DNA of 64,000 bases, taken from Veleropilina oligotropha (Eukaryota). The notes under the pieces were generated by a model. That model searched no databases. It saw only the letters and a list, made by a program, of their open reading frames with translations, and had not been told where the DNA came from. The stretch covers positions 248,001-312,000 of the forward strand of contig JBEUKZ010000010.1 in the NCBI GenBank assembly GCA_048128005.1. The letters run 5' to 3'. The position numbers and the translations under genes were made by a program. Numbering within the stretch: the first letter of the stretch is position 1; each line of letters starts with the position of its first letter. Shown here piece after piece: positions 1 to 12,289 of the stretch.

Positions 1-8
1 ATCCGACC

Positions 9-1331
9 GTGCCTCGCTCGAACCGAGTGGTAGACCAGTACGGACTGTGGCCGCAGTCCTACAGGTCGCCCGGCCCACTGAATGCGCCTTCGGGCCATTC
101 TTTCGGGTACGACCGCTCGACGGGTGACCCGAGACCCTGGTTCTCGGCTCCACCTGTCCGTGCAGCCCGTCTACCTTGCGCCACCGTGACCTCGACAGAA
201 CTACCGGCTGTTAGTTCAACGCCCGTCATGCCTCCGGGTCTCTCGTACGAGAGCTTCCAGGCTATGTTCGCGGCGGAGTTCGAGTCTCGATGTAAGGCCT
301 GGCAACCGGCTCCTGAGCCGACCCAGTTCCCTACACCTCTGCCCGTGGCGCAGAGCACGGCTCCTGCCTCCGTGATGGAGATCGACCCTCTTTCCGACGA
401 GGACCTCGACTCTATTCACTCCGACCTCCCTCAATCGGTCGGGCCCGAAGACGGTAGTCTTTCAGGCACGCAGGAGCCGACCTCCACCACCCGCCGAAGG
501 CTCGACGCCGTTGCGTCACTTCGCGGGGTGCTTGGCTTGCCGGAACCGACTCGGTCGGACGTAGGCTCGGTCAAGCACAGGACGGCGGCACATCGGTTTG
601 TTGCGAAGGAAGCCCCCTTGCTTCCTTCCTTACCTCAGTCTGGGCTTGTTGATCTGGTGGTAGACTCGACAACGAAGCTCATTCAGGGGCGCAATCCGGT
701 GGAGTCCTCCCCGCTGAACGAGTTCCCTTCGGGGTTCCGTAGTGGGAGGTACCTCCGGGCCAGTTCGCGTTCGATCCCGTTCGCTTGTACTGGTCCGTGC
801 CTGGCGACTGAGCCAGCTCGTGTAGACGCAGCGATGCGTCGACTGACCGCCAGTCACACTCCCTCCGTAGCGAAAGTTCCTTGGTCCGCCTTGGAATCTT
901 TCGAGAGCTCCGCCCGACGGGCTCTGCGGCTGTCGTCCATTCAGGATTTTTTCCTAGACGGGGCGATAGCCGTATTACAGGAGGAAGGACCCGGCGCCTG
1001 TGAGGCAGCCCTGTCCTTCCTCCAGGAGGTTGCTGCCGTGATGGAGACCAGCGCGTTGGAGACGGGACGTGTCCTGGGCAATGCACTCCTACTTCGTAGG
1101 GACGCTTGCCTGGAAGGCACCTCGCTAGATGAGGCCACCCGGCGCTCATTGCGATGCGTGCCTTGCTCGGCCACCACTCTTTTTGGCGACAATTTTTCGG
1201 AATTCGTCGACAAGAGAGCGGCGGACCTGAAGGACCGTGCCATCGAGAAGGCGGTGATGCACCCCCCCCCGGGGTCCACCCGCCGACTCGAGGAAGCGCT
1301 CAGGGCCCACCCGGACCCCGAAGCCTTCTAA
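9..1331 (+). CDS. gag: DIRS gag-like ORF1, 5'-partial; probably frameshifted in the C9 run at 1262-1270 (basic tail continues in another frame to TAG at 1446)
   Basis: Pro/Ser-rich N-terminus, helical region with LLLRRDACL...LFG typical of DIRS ORF1, position upstream of RT. Confidence 0.75.
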   Translation: MPRSNRVVDQYGLWPQSYRSPGPLNAPSGHSFGYDRSTGDPRPWFSAPPVRAARLPCATVTSTELPAVSSTPVMPPGLSYESFQAMFAAEFESRCKAWQPAPEPTQFPTPLPVAQSTAPASVMEIDPLSDEDLDSIHSDLPQSVGPEDGSLSGTQEPTSTTRRRLDAVASLRGVLGLPEPTRSDVGSVKHRTAAHRFVAKEAPLLPSLPQSGLVDLVVDSTTKLIQGRNPVESSPLNEFPSGFRSGRYLRASSRSIPFACTGPCLATEPARVDAAMRRLTASHTPSVAKVPWSALESFESSARRALRLSSIQDFFLDGAIAVLQEEGPGACEAALSFLQEVAAVMETSALETGRVLGNALLLRRDACLEGTSLDEATRRSLRCVPCSATTLFGDNFSEFVDKRAADLKDRAIEKAVMHPPPGSTRRLEEALRAHPDPEAF

Positions 1332-1489
1332 GCGTGCAAAGCCCTCTTCTGGTGGTAGGCCCCCGGCCAATAAACCCACTCAGAGGAGGCAAGCACCTCC
1401 AATGAAATCCCGTCAGCAGAGCGGGCGAGGGAAGCCTCGGCCCTAGGGCTGCCGGCACACACGACGGTCCCAGCTGCCCGCTTCCGCCG

Positions 1490-3504
1490 GTGGGAGCGTG
1501 TCTGTTAGCGTACAGCCAGCCGTGGCTAGACCTAACAGACAGCAGCTGGGTCCACTCAGTCGTGAGTGCCGGATACAAGTTGGCATTCAACCGGCATCCG
1601 AGCCTAACCGAGGCACCACCACCAAGCCGCGCTCGCCCTCTGCAAGGCGAGAAACAAGCGGTCTTAGACCAGGCAGTGCGGGACTTACTCCTCAATGGAG
1701 CGATATATCCCGCGCCGCCCAGCACACCAGGATTTTACAGCCATTTCTTCCTGGTCCCGAAACCCGATGGCCGCTGGCGACCGATCCTCGATCTCTCGTA
1801 TCTCAACCGATATCTTCGCACCGAGAAATTCCAGCAAGAAACCCTCTCGAAGATACGAGCGGCCATCCGTCCGGGAGACTGGGCAGCGTCTATCGATCTG
1901 ACCGACGCATATCTGCATGTCCCGATGCATATCACGGCTCATCAGTACCTTCGGTTTATACACGGGGAGACGATCTACCAGTTCAGGTGCCTACCGTTCG
2001 GTCTATCGTCAGCCCCGTACGTCTTCACGAGAACAGTACAGGCCCTCGGGGCCTTCCTACACTCTCTAGGGCACAGGGTACATATGTACCTCGACGACTG
2101 GCTGATCCTCGGGGCGTCCCGGGATCTGTGCCACCGGTCTACGAGCTTTACCCTGTCATCGGCGTAGCGCCTGGGATTTCAGATCAACGAGACAAAATCC
2201 TGCTTCGTACCCTCCAAGACGTTTACATTCCTCGGAGTCGACTTCGATACGGTCCGGTACACCGCGAAGCCGACCCAGAAACGTATACGGAACCTACGCG
2301 CGGTTATTCAAGACACCCTGTCATCGAAGATAACTACGGCGCGACAACTGGCCACTGTCCTGGGGCACATCGAGTCGGTAGCGACCCTGCTACCGACGGG
2401 TCGAATGGACAAACGACCGTTACAACAGGCGTTCAGAGATCGCTGGATACAACGGACGGGCAGTGGACGGATCGTATCGATCTTCGGCATTGGTTTACCC
2501 GCACGACAGCAGTGTGGTTGAACCCTGCTTTGCCGAACCAGTCGGTTCCTATATCCCCGCCAGAGCCGAACGCTTACCTGTTCACAGACGCTTCGAACGA
2601 CGGCTGGGGTGGTCACCTCGACAGTTACGAGACATCGGGCCTATGGCCGACGACACATCAACTTCCTAGAGTTAGAAGCCGTCTACCTGTCAGTACGGTC
2701 CCTCTCGTCACATCTCCGCAACAAGCACATAATGCTCGCCACGGACAACACGACTGTCGTGCTTACATTCAACACCAGGGCGGCACTCGCTCGCGTCCCC
2801 TTTGCGACCGAGCAATCGACCTACACCGCCTAGTGATGTCCCTCAACTCGACGATTCGAGCCCGACACATCCCGGGAAAACTGAATGTCAGAGCGGACTC
2901 GCTCTCTCGGAAATCACAGATAATACACACAGAGTGGACGCTACACAGCCGAGTAGCTCGGGACGTTTGTCGCCGGTGGTCACAACCCCAAGTCGATCTG
3001 TTTGCAACATAATTCAATCACCGACTATCTCTGTATGTCTCCCCGTACCCGGACCCGGCCGCCCTAGCGGTCGACGCGCTGTCAATGACATGGGAGAATC
3101 TGTCCGCGTATGCCTTCCCTCCGTCGTGCATCCTGACACTCGTACTACAGAAGGCATCGAACGAACGTTGCGAGATAACGCTAATCGCGCCCCTGTATCG
3201 CACGCAACCTTGGTTTCCGACCCTCCTCGATCTGATCGTCGATCGACCGTTAGCGCTCCCGCAGCGACCGGACCTGTTAATGCAGGCGCGCAGCCGTGTA
3301 TTACACCCATCGCCGAACGACTTACGTTTACACGCCTGGCGGTTATCGAACGATCCCTCGCTAAGAAAGGATTTTCTCGTGCTACAGCCCTACGCATCTA
3401 CCGATCGAGAAGGCTTTCCACGTGTAAAGTTTACGACTACCGATGGGTCAAATATGTGGATTGGTGTCACAGCCGGCAGGTCAATATTCTCCGCCCCCCT
3501 GTGA
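1490..3504 (+). pseudogene. pol: DIRS pol: reverse transcriptase, RNase H and adenine-methyltransferase-like domain, disrupted
   Basis: FLVPKPDG-RPILDL, IDLTDAYLH, LPFGLSSAP, YLDD; RNase H FTDAS..GWG, HINFLEL, DNTT, HIPGKLNVRADSLSR; MT-like DLFA...YAFPP...QPWF. In-frame stops at 2165-2167 and 3010-3012, frameshifts near 2455, 2655 and 2760. Confidence 0.93.
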
Positions 3505-4415
3505 ACAAGTTTATCGAGTTTTTATCGTCGCTCTTTGAACGCGGTATGTCAGTGTCCGCCGTCAAAGGCTATCGGGCAACGGTCGCGACCACGTTAAAAC
3601 AGTGTCGTGCCCATGTTAGCCTGTCAAGCGATCGAACGATTTCGGATTTTATTCGATCCTACGAACTCGAAATGCCGACCCGAGCAATACGGCCGCCTGC
3701 CTGGAACATCTTTCTCATTCTTAACGCTCTACTATTACCACCGTACGAGCCTATGTCCTCTGCGTCTATGAGGAACTTAACGCACAAAACGGTTTTTCTT
3801 ATCGCCTTAGCGTCGGGCAGGCGTTGTTCCGAGATTTATAGTTTATCCGCAGAGCTAGGAGACGTTCGTTTCCAGTCAGACGGGTCGGTGATGCTGCGTT
3901 CTATCTTGGGCTTTCTCGCCAAGAATCAACGGCCGAACGAGGACGCCCCCGACATCATTATCCCCAAGCACACGCTGGTCGGAAGGCACGATATAGATCG
4001 GTTAAACTTCCCCGTGCGGGCCCTGCGCTATTACCTCGACAGGACCCGTGATATGCGGCAAGGAAAACTACGTTTATTCATTTCGTATTTACCTTCATTT
4101 ATCCGCGACATTACGAAGACGACTGTTTCGCCGTGGATTTCACAGGTAGTGAGAGATGTATACTCTCGCTGTGAAGAAGTAGACCGCACTATTTTATCAG
4201 TCCGCGCGCACGAGGTCCGTGCAATTGCAGCTTCTATTTCCTTCCGACATAGTTTAAATATCTCAGCGTTGCTTCAAGCAGGTTACTGGAAGAATCCAAA
4301 TGTCTTTGTTAAGCATTATCTGCAGGATTATTCTACTGGTGCTGATGGTTTGAGCAGTCTGCAGTGTGTAGCTGCTCAAAGATGTATTGTTAGACAGAGG
4401 TCGTCTAATCAGTGA
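2802..4415 (+). CDS. DIRS tyrosine recombinase (YR), open frame
   Basis: GRRCSEI (Arg), AKNQ (Lys), AHEVR (HxxR), GYW, FVKHYL (Tyr); overlaps pol in another frame as in DIRS elements. Confidence 0.93.
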   Translation: MRPSNRPTPPSDVPQLDDSSPTHPGKTECQSGLALSEITDNTHRVDATQPSSSGRLSPVVTTPSRSVCNIIQSPTISVCLPVPGPGRPSGRRAVNDMGESVRVCLPSVVHPDTRTTEGIERTLRDNANRAPVSHATLVSDPPRSDRRSTVSAPAATGPVNAGAQPCITPIAERLTFTRLAVIERSLAKKGFSRATALRIYRSRRLSTCKVYDYRWVKYVDWCHSRQVNILRPPVNKFIEFLSSLFERGMSVSAVKGYRATVATTLKQCRAHVSLSSDRTISDFIRSYELEMPTRAIRPPAWNIFLILNALLLPPYEPMSSASMRNLTHKTVFLIALASGRRCSEIYSLSAELGDVRFQSDGSVMLRSILGFLAKNQRPNEDAPDIIIPKHTLVGRHDIDRLNFPVRALRYYLDRTRDMRQGKLRLFISYLPSFIRDITKTTVSPWISQVVRDVYSRCEEVDRTILSVRAHEVRAIAASISFRHSLNISALLQAGYWKNPNVFVKHYLQDYSTGADGLSSLQCVAAQRCIVRQRSSNQ

Positions 4416-5209
4416 GTATTGTTTCTTGATTTATCAATTAAATACTTCGTGCTGACGCAATGTTATTTGTCATGCCTAGCTGTTCTATGAAATAGACACA
4501 TTATGAGGCGATTCAATGTATGTTCATTTCTTAAAAACATTTTAAGATCTTGATACTTTCATGTCATACCTGAGTATTTTGACAGGCCAGTTCACATTGA
4601 ATTGAATAAACATTTATATTGCAAAAAGTCTTATAGGATTTTGAGGTTCAATATTATTGATGTTCTATGCTGTTACAGAACATACGATGTTCAAGACATT
4701 GAAAAAATTTTAATATTTGCTTCCTTAAAATTTATTTTAAGTAACATGTACTCATGTTAACGCAAGTTGGTCATGCGAATTACTTATTAATATCGATTAT
4801 TATTATAATCTATTAATTCTTTGCTTAAGATTTAATGTATTCACAGCCTAACCATTAGGTTCCGTGTGCCTACAAATCCGACTGCTTCCTCTGGCTACCG
4901 GCCTATGGCCCGGAGTACCAGTTGGCTGCCACTGGTCCATGACACGTAAGACCTACAAGGATCCATCCTTCCGGCCGTGCCTGGGGCTGATTGCACTTCC
5001 GTTCACCTCGTCCGACTAACACCATGGCGTATTCTCCCGGTAACACTGGTCGAAATTCTCGCTTGGTAAGAGTAGAATATAATACTCAGTAAATTCCACT
5101 CTGGGCGGACACAATCGACGCTTCATGCTGATTGCTATGGTGAAAAGTAAGTCATAATCTTGTTTGGATTGTTGTAAGGAACTTCTTACCCACCTATCCA
5201 AGGTCATTC

Positions 5210-5299
5210 TGGCAAGTGTAAGGACGTAAGTAAGTTTGTAACTACATATGAAGTTTTTAAGTAAACCTAATATTAGTTAAAACATACTTACATCCTTAC
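5210..5299. repeat. DIRS internal complementary region (ICR)
   Basis: 5253-5299 is the reverse complement (1 mismatch) of 5546-5592; 5210-5232 repeats 5538-5560. Confidence 0.88.
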
Positions 5300-5759
5300 T
5301 ACGATTACCCACCCTGCGCTTTCGCATTCCTCCCCTCTTACTAAGTTCCTTTGGGGTTCTGAACTTTGAATTGAGGTCTTGTGATCTCGAGCTCGGATAT
5401 CTCGCGAGACTTGGCGAGGTCTCGCCGGGGGAACTTAGAGAGGGGGAGCAGGGGAGGTAATCGTGGTGTTTTGACTTAAATAAGTGCATAAATGTGACAT
5501 TATTCACTGTTTCCGGTTGGCGATAATATGACTATTATGGCAAGTGTAAGGACGTAAGTATGTTTTAACTAATATTAGGTTTACTTAAAAACCTCATTTT
5601 TCGGATCCAAGATGGCCGCCGTGGTGGCCATTTTGTTTGACAAGATTGCTTGTGCGTGCTCTACTGCGAAAAGTTATTATCTGATTTGATTCATATTTGG
5701 TATGCACAGTTGTGATGAATCCAAGATGGCCACCGTGGTGAATGTCATTGTGGCGGTAA

Positions 5760-6686
5760 TTATTGTATCCCCGAAATTTAACAGTTCGGGGATAGTATGG
5801 TTTAGTCATCGTTCAGCCGCCGCCGCAGAGATTTCTTGTGTGCGCTCTACAGTGAAAGGTTCTAATCCGCTTTGTTTCAAATTTGGTATGCATGTCAGTT
5901 ATGATGAGGACACGCCGCCTAACGATTTTTGTCGTTTGCGGTTCCAAGATGGTCACCATGGCAGCCATTTTGTTTGGAGAAATTTCTTGTGTGCGCTCTA
6001 CAGTGAAAAGTTATTATTCGATTTGATTCATATTTGGTATGCGCGTTCGTTATGATGAGTACATGCAGCCTAAAGTTTTTCCGATCCAAGATGGCCGCCG
6101 TGGTGGCCATTTTGTTTGACAAGATTGCTTGTGCGTGCTCTACTGTGAAAAGTTATTATCTGATTTGATTCATATTTGGTATGCACAGTTGTGATGAGGA
6201 CATGCCGCCTTAATATTTTCGTTTTCGGCCAAGGCGGCCATTTTGGTTGCTTAGATTTCTTGTGCGTGCTCTACAGTGAAAAGTTATTATCCGATTTTAT
6301 TCAAATTTGGTATGCATGTTAGTTATGATGAGGACACACCACGTAACGATTTTCATCGTTTTCGGATCCAAGATGGCCGTTTTATTTGATGAGATTTTTT
6401 GTGTGTGCTGTACAGTGAAAAGTTATTTTCCTATTTCATATGCACGTTAGTTATGATGAGGACATGCCACCTAACGATTTCCTTTTGTTTTCGGATCCAA
6501 GATGGCCGTCGCTGCGGCCACTTTATTCGAAGATATTTCTTGTGCGCAATCTACAGTGAATAGTTCTAATCCAATTTGGTATACATGTTTGGCATGATGA
6601 GGACACGGGTGACGGTGCCCATTGATTTCTGCTACCGTGGGAGGGGATACATCCCCTCGACTTGCTGGGTCGAGGTTTCGCTTGTT
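5760..6686 (+). mobile_element. Non-autonomous Helentron-type (HINE/DINE-1-like) element with ~120-180 bp core tandem repeats
   Basis: 5' TGTATCCCCGAA...TTCGGGGATA hairpin, (GCC)n, repeats with CAAGATGGCCGCC, 3' subTIR GGGGATACA, hairpin CCTCGAC..GTCGAGG, end CTTGTT; an extra core unit lies at 5593-5740. Confidence 0.8.
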
Positions 6687-7532
6687 AACATCATGTTTTA
6701 GGCGATTTCCGGTGTACAATAAAGTGGCAAACGAAGCTTTTAATGTGTAAACTTGACATATATTTTAATGCTGTCAGAGGGAGTTGGGGTTATGTCTTGA
6801 AAGAAATGGACCTATAACCAGGGTTGTAATTGTGGAGAGAGAGCATTTGCTTCACACTTTAATTAATACTCTAATCTGTGTTTAGAAGAGAGTAAATCGT
6901 TAATACTTCGGTCAAGGAATTGCATCAATTTGAGATATATGTGATTGATCGATGTCCACAGAGCTTGATTGTCTCTGGTCTTTCCTCGATAACTGCTTGA
7001 GCTATGGCTGTATCCATGTGCATATGGAGACTGGCTGCAAAAGCCGATACGACATATTGGTGAAATCTGAGGTACTATTGGTATAAACCACATCCCCTTG
7101 TCAGGAGCGGGCCGTAGCTTAGCGGTTATGATGCTGAACTGCGACGGGAATGCCGAGAATTTGTCATAGGTATACCTCATCTGCATAGCACACAGTATCC
7201 GCCTGTCGGATGATATGTTAGGCCGGTGCCCCGACTCCAGATACGACTGAAATAATGTTAAAATGTGTTAATAAATTTTATTAAATTAAAATTTCAAATC
7301 AAACATTATCAGGAGTGAAATAATAGTCTGTCGATGTTATCACATACTATATATACCATTATAAATGCCTATGTCAACTTGTCTTATCTTTGTAAAAACC
7401 AATGTATGAAAATGATCTTTTGATGCAGAAATGTGCAAAATGAGGCAATTTTATTGGTCTATTATTTGGCACCGGTGACATGATAACAAAATGACCAATG
7501 CATTTGATGCGATCAGGCTGACAGCGAACCTG

Positions 7533-8043
7533 TTATTGTCTCGCCCCGAAGGGAAAGCGAGACTTAGGGATTACATTTTCCGGCGGCGTCGTCGGCGGCG
7601 TGTCATTTTCGGTTAAAGTTTTTCATTGCATGTGTATGGGTTGCTAAAGGCACTTTTATGCATACATATGCATTGGTAATGGTTATATGGACAACACCTG
7701 ATACTCTGGAACTGTTATTGAATGGAATTTTATATAAATAATGCATAAAATTGGTGTTTTTGGACATATAAATTTTGGTTAAAGTTTTTCATTGAGCTTA
7801 TATGGATTGCTAAAGGCACTTTTATGCATACATATGCATTGGTAATGGTTATATGGACAACACCTGATACTCTGGAACTGTTATTGACTGGAATTTTATA
7901 TAAATAATGCATGAAATTGGTGTTTTTGGACATAGAAATTTTGGTTAAAGTTTTTTCGGTTAAAGTTTTTCATTGAATGGAATTTTCTGATACATTGATA
8001 TATATATTTAAAGGGCGAGACATATCGGACCATGGTTCTTGTT
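7533..8043 (+). mobile_element. Non-autonomous Helentron-type element, second family
   Basis: subTIR TGTCTCGCCC / GGGCGAGACA, (GGC/GTC)n, two ~180-bp core repeats, terminal hairpin and CTTGTT. Confidence 0.78.
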
Positions 8044-8679
8044 TCAATAAGCATTTGGTGTAGGAACACCACATGCGTCGAGTCTTAGTACATATATAGA
8101 GGAAGCGTTCTCGGTCACCAATGCATCTTGTATTAATGCTAGTTAGTGTGTACTGTAAAATATAATATTTTCAGGTATGGATTGAATGTGTATGTCGCAT
8201 TCTGCGAAAACATGCGATCTATATCATAATTACCTTAAATTATGCTTCGCTGGTGCTAGTAATTGGCAATTGATTATATCACTACACAATATTCCCCATT
8301 CGAATTTGGATTTTATAGAAAATATGAAATATCCATATATTTAGTTTTGCATCCAAGGTCTTTATTATGATGTTGTATGTGACTTATCATAACCTTTGGC
8401 ACGTATGCTTTCCGGCAACCCCGTAATATACTCAGTCTCCACCAAAAAAGAAATGCTCATATTGCTTTCATATATACAATATACTTAGTCTAAAACGAAA
8501 AGCACACCCGAATAAGATAAGAACAATATATATATCCATGACCCAATATTGATATCAAATGAAATATAGGCCTAATTCATTAATGAAAAAAAGAATGCAT
8601 TTGTCTGAAAAATGTCTTGTATTAAAAATTTCAGAAATCTCCAAGTATTGAAAGTATATAAAAGTGTGTTGTGTGATTT

Positions 8680-10060
8680 CTGGGACTATTATAAGAGGGA
8701 CTGGAAGCTCTGGCCAATTAGCCGAATCGCCATCAATAATGTGGTACTCGCTATTGTTCTCGTGTTTAGCGCACTGCGCATGTGCGTAGTGGGCTTTGGC
8801 TTTGTGACTAGACTATTTTCGAATGGAAATGGCGTCGATGAGAAAGCTTTCGAATGGAAAATAGTACATTTTGCAACCTCTTCTCCTCGTCAGCTGCTAC
8901 AGTTTACTTTTGAATATCTTGCCCATCATTTTATTTATATCCTATTTCTTCGACTCTTCTATTGTGAAATGAAATTTGACCAAGATTTATATCGTATAAT
9001 TGCATTTTAAAATGACGATATTTCCTTAATATGTTCAGCTTTAATATTTTCCCAGTGCAAAGTACTCGATTTTGCAACTTCTTCTCCTCGCCAGCTGTTA
9101 CATTATACTTTTTGATATTTGCACCATCTTTTTATTTGCATTCAATTGCTTGAACTCATCTATTGCGTAGTGAAATATAACGAAGATTTATTGCACATAT
9201 TTGCATTTTAAAACGACCAATTTTCTTAAATATATCAAGCGTTGATATTCATTTTGTGATGACTCTCTTCTTTATTTGTTGCATTTTATTATGGAATATT
9301 TTCACCTTTTTTCTAATTTACACTCGATTACATCGACTCGGCTATTGTACAGGGAAATAAAACGAAGATTTAATTAAATTATTTACGTCTTAAAATAGCT
9401 TATCAAAGGTGTCTAACTGGTAACATGGTCCGTTTCAATAATACTTCATTATAGTGCGAACTTTAAGTTGTCCCCATTGTTATTGAGCAGACAAATTACT
9501 GACCGCTTACATGTACATTATAACAACATGTAAAGCAAAACATAGAATGAAATGCAATTAGTGGCTACCTTTAAAGTCTCTATTGAATATAAACGTTTGT
9601 TTTGATAACCATTAGAAAAGTAGTTGGGGTCATTTATATGGATCCGATTCAGTAATAAAGATAAATTCATTAGAACTTATTTATATTTTAATTGCCCAAT
9701 CAATTTATTTAACGATTAACATAGATCGCTTTCAATAATTGTTTGAATTGAATTTTATTTATAATAAATAATTATGCAATATATTTAGTTTGAATACCGT
9801 ACAAAATAAAATAATTAAAAAGTAAAATCGTTATCATATGTTGTGTTAATCGAATTTCGTGTTTAATAGGTATTTTGTGAATTCAAAATGTTATAATTTA
9901 CCGCATTGGTCCTAATTGGGGATAAAATAGTCTTGTCACAAAGCCAAAGCCCACTACGCACATGCGCAGTGCGCTAAACACGAGAACAATAGCGAGTACC
10001 ACATTGACGGCGATTCGGCTAATTGGCCAGAGCTTCCAGTCCCTCTTATAATAGTCCCAG
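8680..10060. mobile_element. Non-autonomous TIR DNA transposon with ~140-bp TIRs and 7-bp TSD
   Basis: CTGGGACTATTATAAGAGGG... at 8680 inverted at 10060; GTGATTT on both flanks; internal ~200-bp direct repeats. Confidence 0.88.
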
Positions 10061-10959
10061 GTGATTTTGTTGTTGTTGATTATATGTAGGAAATAGTAAT
10101 GCTCTGTTTTCTGCGATAAATAATTTTATGAAGTGTTCACCATTTACGTCTGAGATGGTATTGTGGATCTCCAAACTTCATTGCACTGGCCAATCAATTT
10201 ATACTGATAAAGTGAATAGTGCTAGTACACTGCTATGGATATTGCAGCATGTATGAGTGAATTCAAGAGCCCTGGCACACCCAGAAATAAACCTGTATGC
10301 TCGTAAAAGCTTTTGTACATTTTCGAAGTCATTGTTTATAATTATTGAAAAACAACCTGTAGGATTTTGTATTCGTTTGCTCTGTTCCTAGTGCAAGGGA
10401 AATAACTCTTAGCACCTTATTTACGATTAGTTCAAAATTGTCTCCCTTTGTGTATTACGTTCTCGCAAGGTAAAAATGAAGCGATTTTCAATTCATATTC
10501 ATATGTGACTTGGATCGCATGCATTTTTAAATAGTTATCTGTATAAATTAGGTTCAATAAATATGTATCAGTTTATTTGTCATGATTGCATTTTAATCAA
10601 CTTATTTTATCTGGTAGGTAAGTAAGTGGTCAAGAGATCCATATAAGCCTGCGTTGTTTCTAATGCGATTTGCACAACCTCAAAGTGTGTAAGTTATAAT
10701 GTGTAATTATAGTGTCGTACATTGACTGAAATTTACCCCACTTCCGTTATTATAAAACTATTTGTCAGTTATACTCAGCCAAAAAAAACATGCACGCCTC
10801 ACTTTTATATAATATCAATACTAAGTTAACAATTTGTGAAAAATTAAGGCAAGAAAACATTTCTCAGACACTAATTTTCATTCTAATTAAATGTCTCCAG
10901 GCTGTTCTTGTCATATCAGATCGCCGCAATGTTGATCTTGATTATCGTTTAGTTGGATA

Positions 10960-12212
10960 TTACCATACAGAATCCAAGACGAGTGTAGACCAACCATTTG
11001 TTGGGATATAGGGCTTATACGGGTGCTTCAACTTCGATGTCACTGAAAAATTGTCGTCCATATGCGCTGAATTACATATATGATAATGTGTATGCGAGAA
11101 ACACCTCCAACACCAGAGATAAGAATACCATGTCTTCATAGATTTCAAAAAGGCCTTTGATGGAGTCTGAATGAAGCACTGTGGGCCACTATGAAGAAGT
11201 TCAACATAGGTCAGAAGCTGATTCACTCCATCAAGCAGCTCTATGCCAGAGCAACAAGCGCATACGCTCCCAAGATTCTATTGGGGAATGGTTCCATACC
11301 TCAGTTCATCAAGGTTGCCTACTCTAACCCACACTCTTCAGCATCTTCCTCCATGGAGCGGATCATGAGTGAGGCCCTCAAAGACCACACAGGCACTGTC
11401 AGCATTGGACTCAGGAGGCAGGACCATCACAAACCTCAGATATGCTGATGGATTGGCAGGGAAGGAAGAAGAACTTGCCAACCTAGTCAGCCGCCTCGAT
11501 TTATAATCGCTTCCTCAAATTTTGGGATCTAGATTAATGCTGAGAAAACCAAGCTGATGAAGAATGTCAAAGACCCCATCGTGGCAGACATTTCTGTTCA
11601 TGGCAAGAAACTTGAAACAGTATCACAGTTCAAGTACATCGGGGCCATCATCAGTAATGAGTGATGAAGACCAGAAGTCCTTGCAAGAGCAGCACAGACA
11701 ACAGCAGCTTTAGCAAGACTCGAGATCATTTCGAAAGATAATACCATCACCATGAAGTATAAGATCAGACTCCTTCGTGCACTGGTAATTTTTATCTTCC
11801 TGTACGTATGCGAGGCATGGACCCTCGAAGCTGACCTGCAGAAGAAGATAATAGCAATGGAAATGAAATGCTACCGCTATGTCTTTGGCATCTCGTACAC
11901 TGACCACATCAGCAACGATGAAATCCGTAAGACAATCCAACTCGTCATTTGTCCACATGAAGTTCTCACAATTGTGAGGAAAACGAACTGTTCAAAATGT
12001 TACGGCCACATCACAAGATCCATTGACCTCGCAAAGACAAGCCTCCATGGAACAGTTGGGGGAAAGAGACAGATAGGCAAACAGGCGAAGAGGTGGACGG
12101 ACAACATAGAGAAGTGGACAGGAATGACCTTTGCTTGAACCCAGGAGCAGGGTGGTGTATAGTTTGTCAGCGCGGCGCCCCGATGACTCATACCGGAGTT
12201 GAGGCAAGGCAA
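10960..12212 (+). mobile_element. RTE-clade LINE, 5'-truncated and degenerate
   Basis: VFIDFKKAFD, NLRYAD, LYxCEAWTL, EMKCYR, GHITR...GKRxxG motifs broken by stops and frameshifts; short AAGGC-type tail. Confidence 0.85.
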
Positions 12213-12289
12213 TGCATGTAAATATTGCACACATATGTATGTATATACGTAGTATGATCACGTTTGCATGTATATAATAAACATTCACC

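Larger units (their letters stand above)
1..5592 (+). mobile_element. DIRS1-like tyrosine-recombinase retrotransposon (5' end outside window)
   Basis: gag-like ORF, RT-RNaseH-MT ORF and overlapping YR ORF, followed by an internal complementary region (5210-5299) and a right terminus ending ...GGTTTACTTAAAAAC at 5592. Confidence 0.95.

Noticed and set aside
1498..3012. 504-aa ORF as a separate gene
   Set aside because: Its N-terminal part is an alternative frame over RT; only the 3' part is frameshifted RNase H of pol
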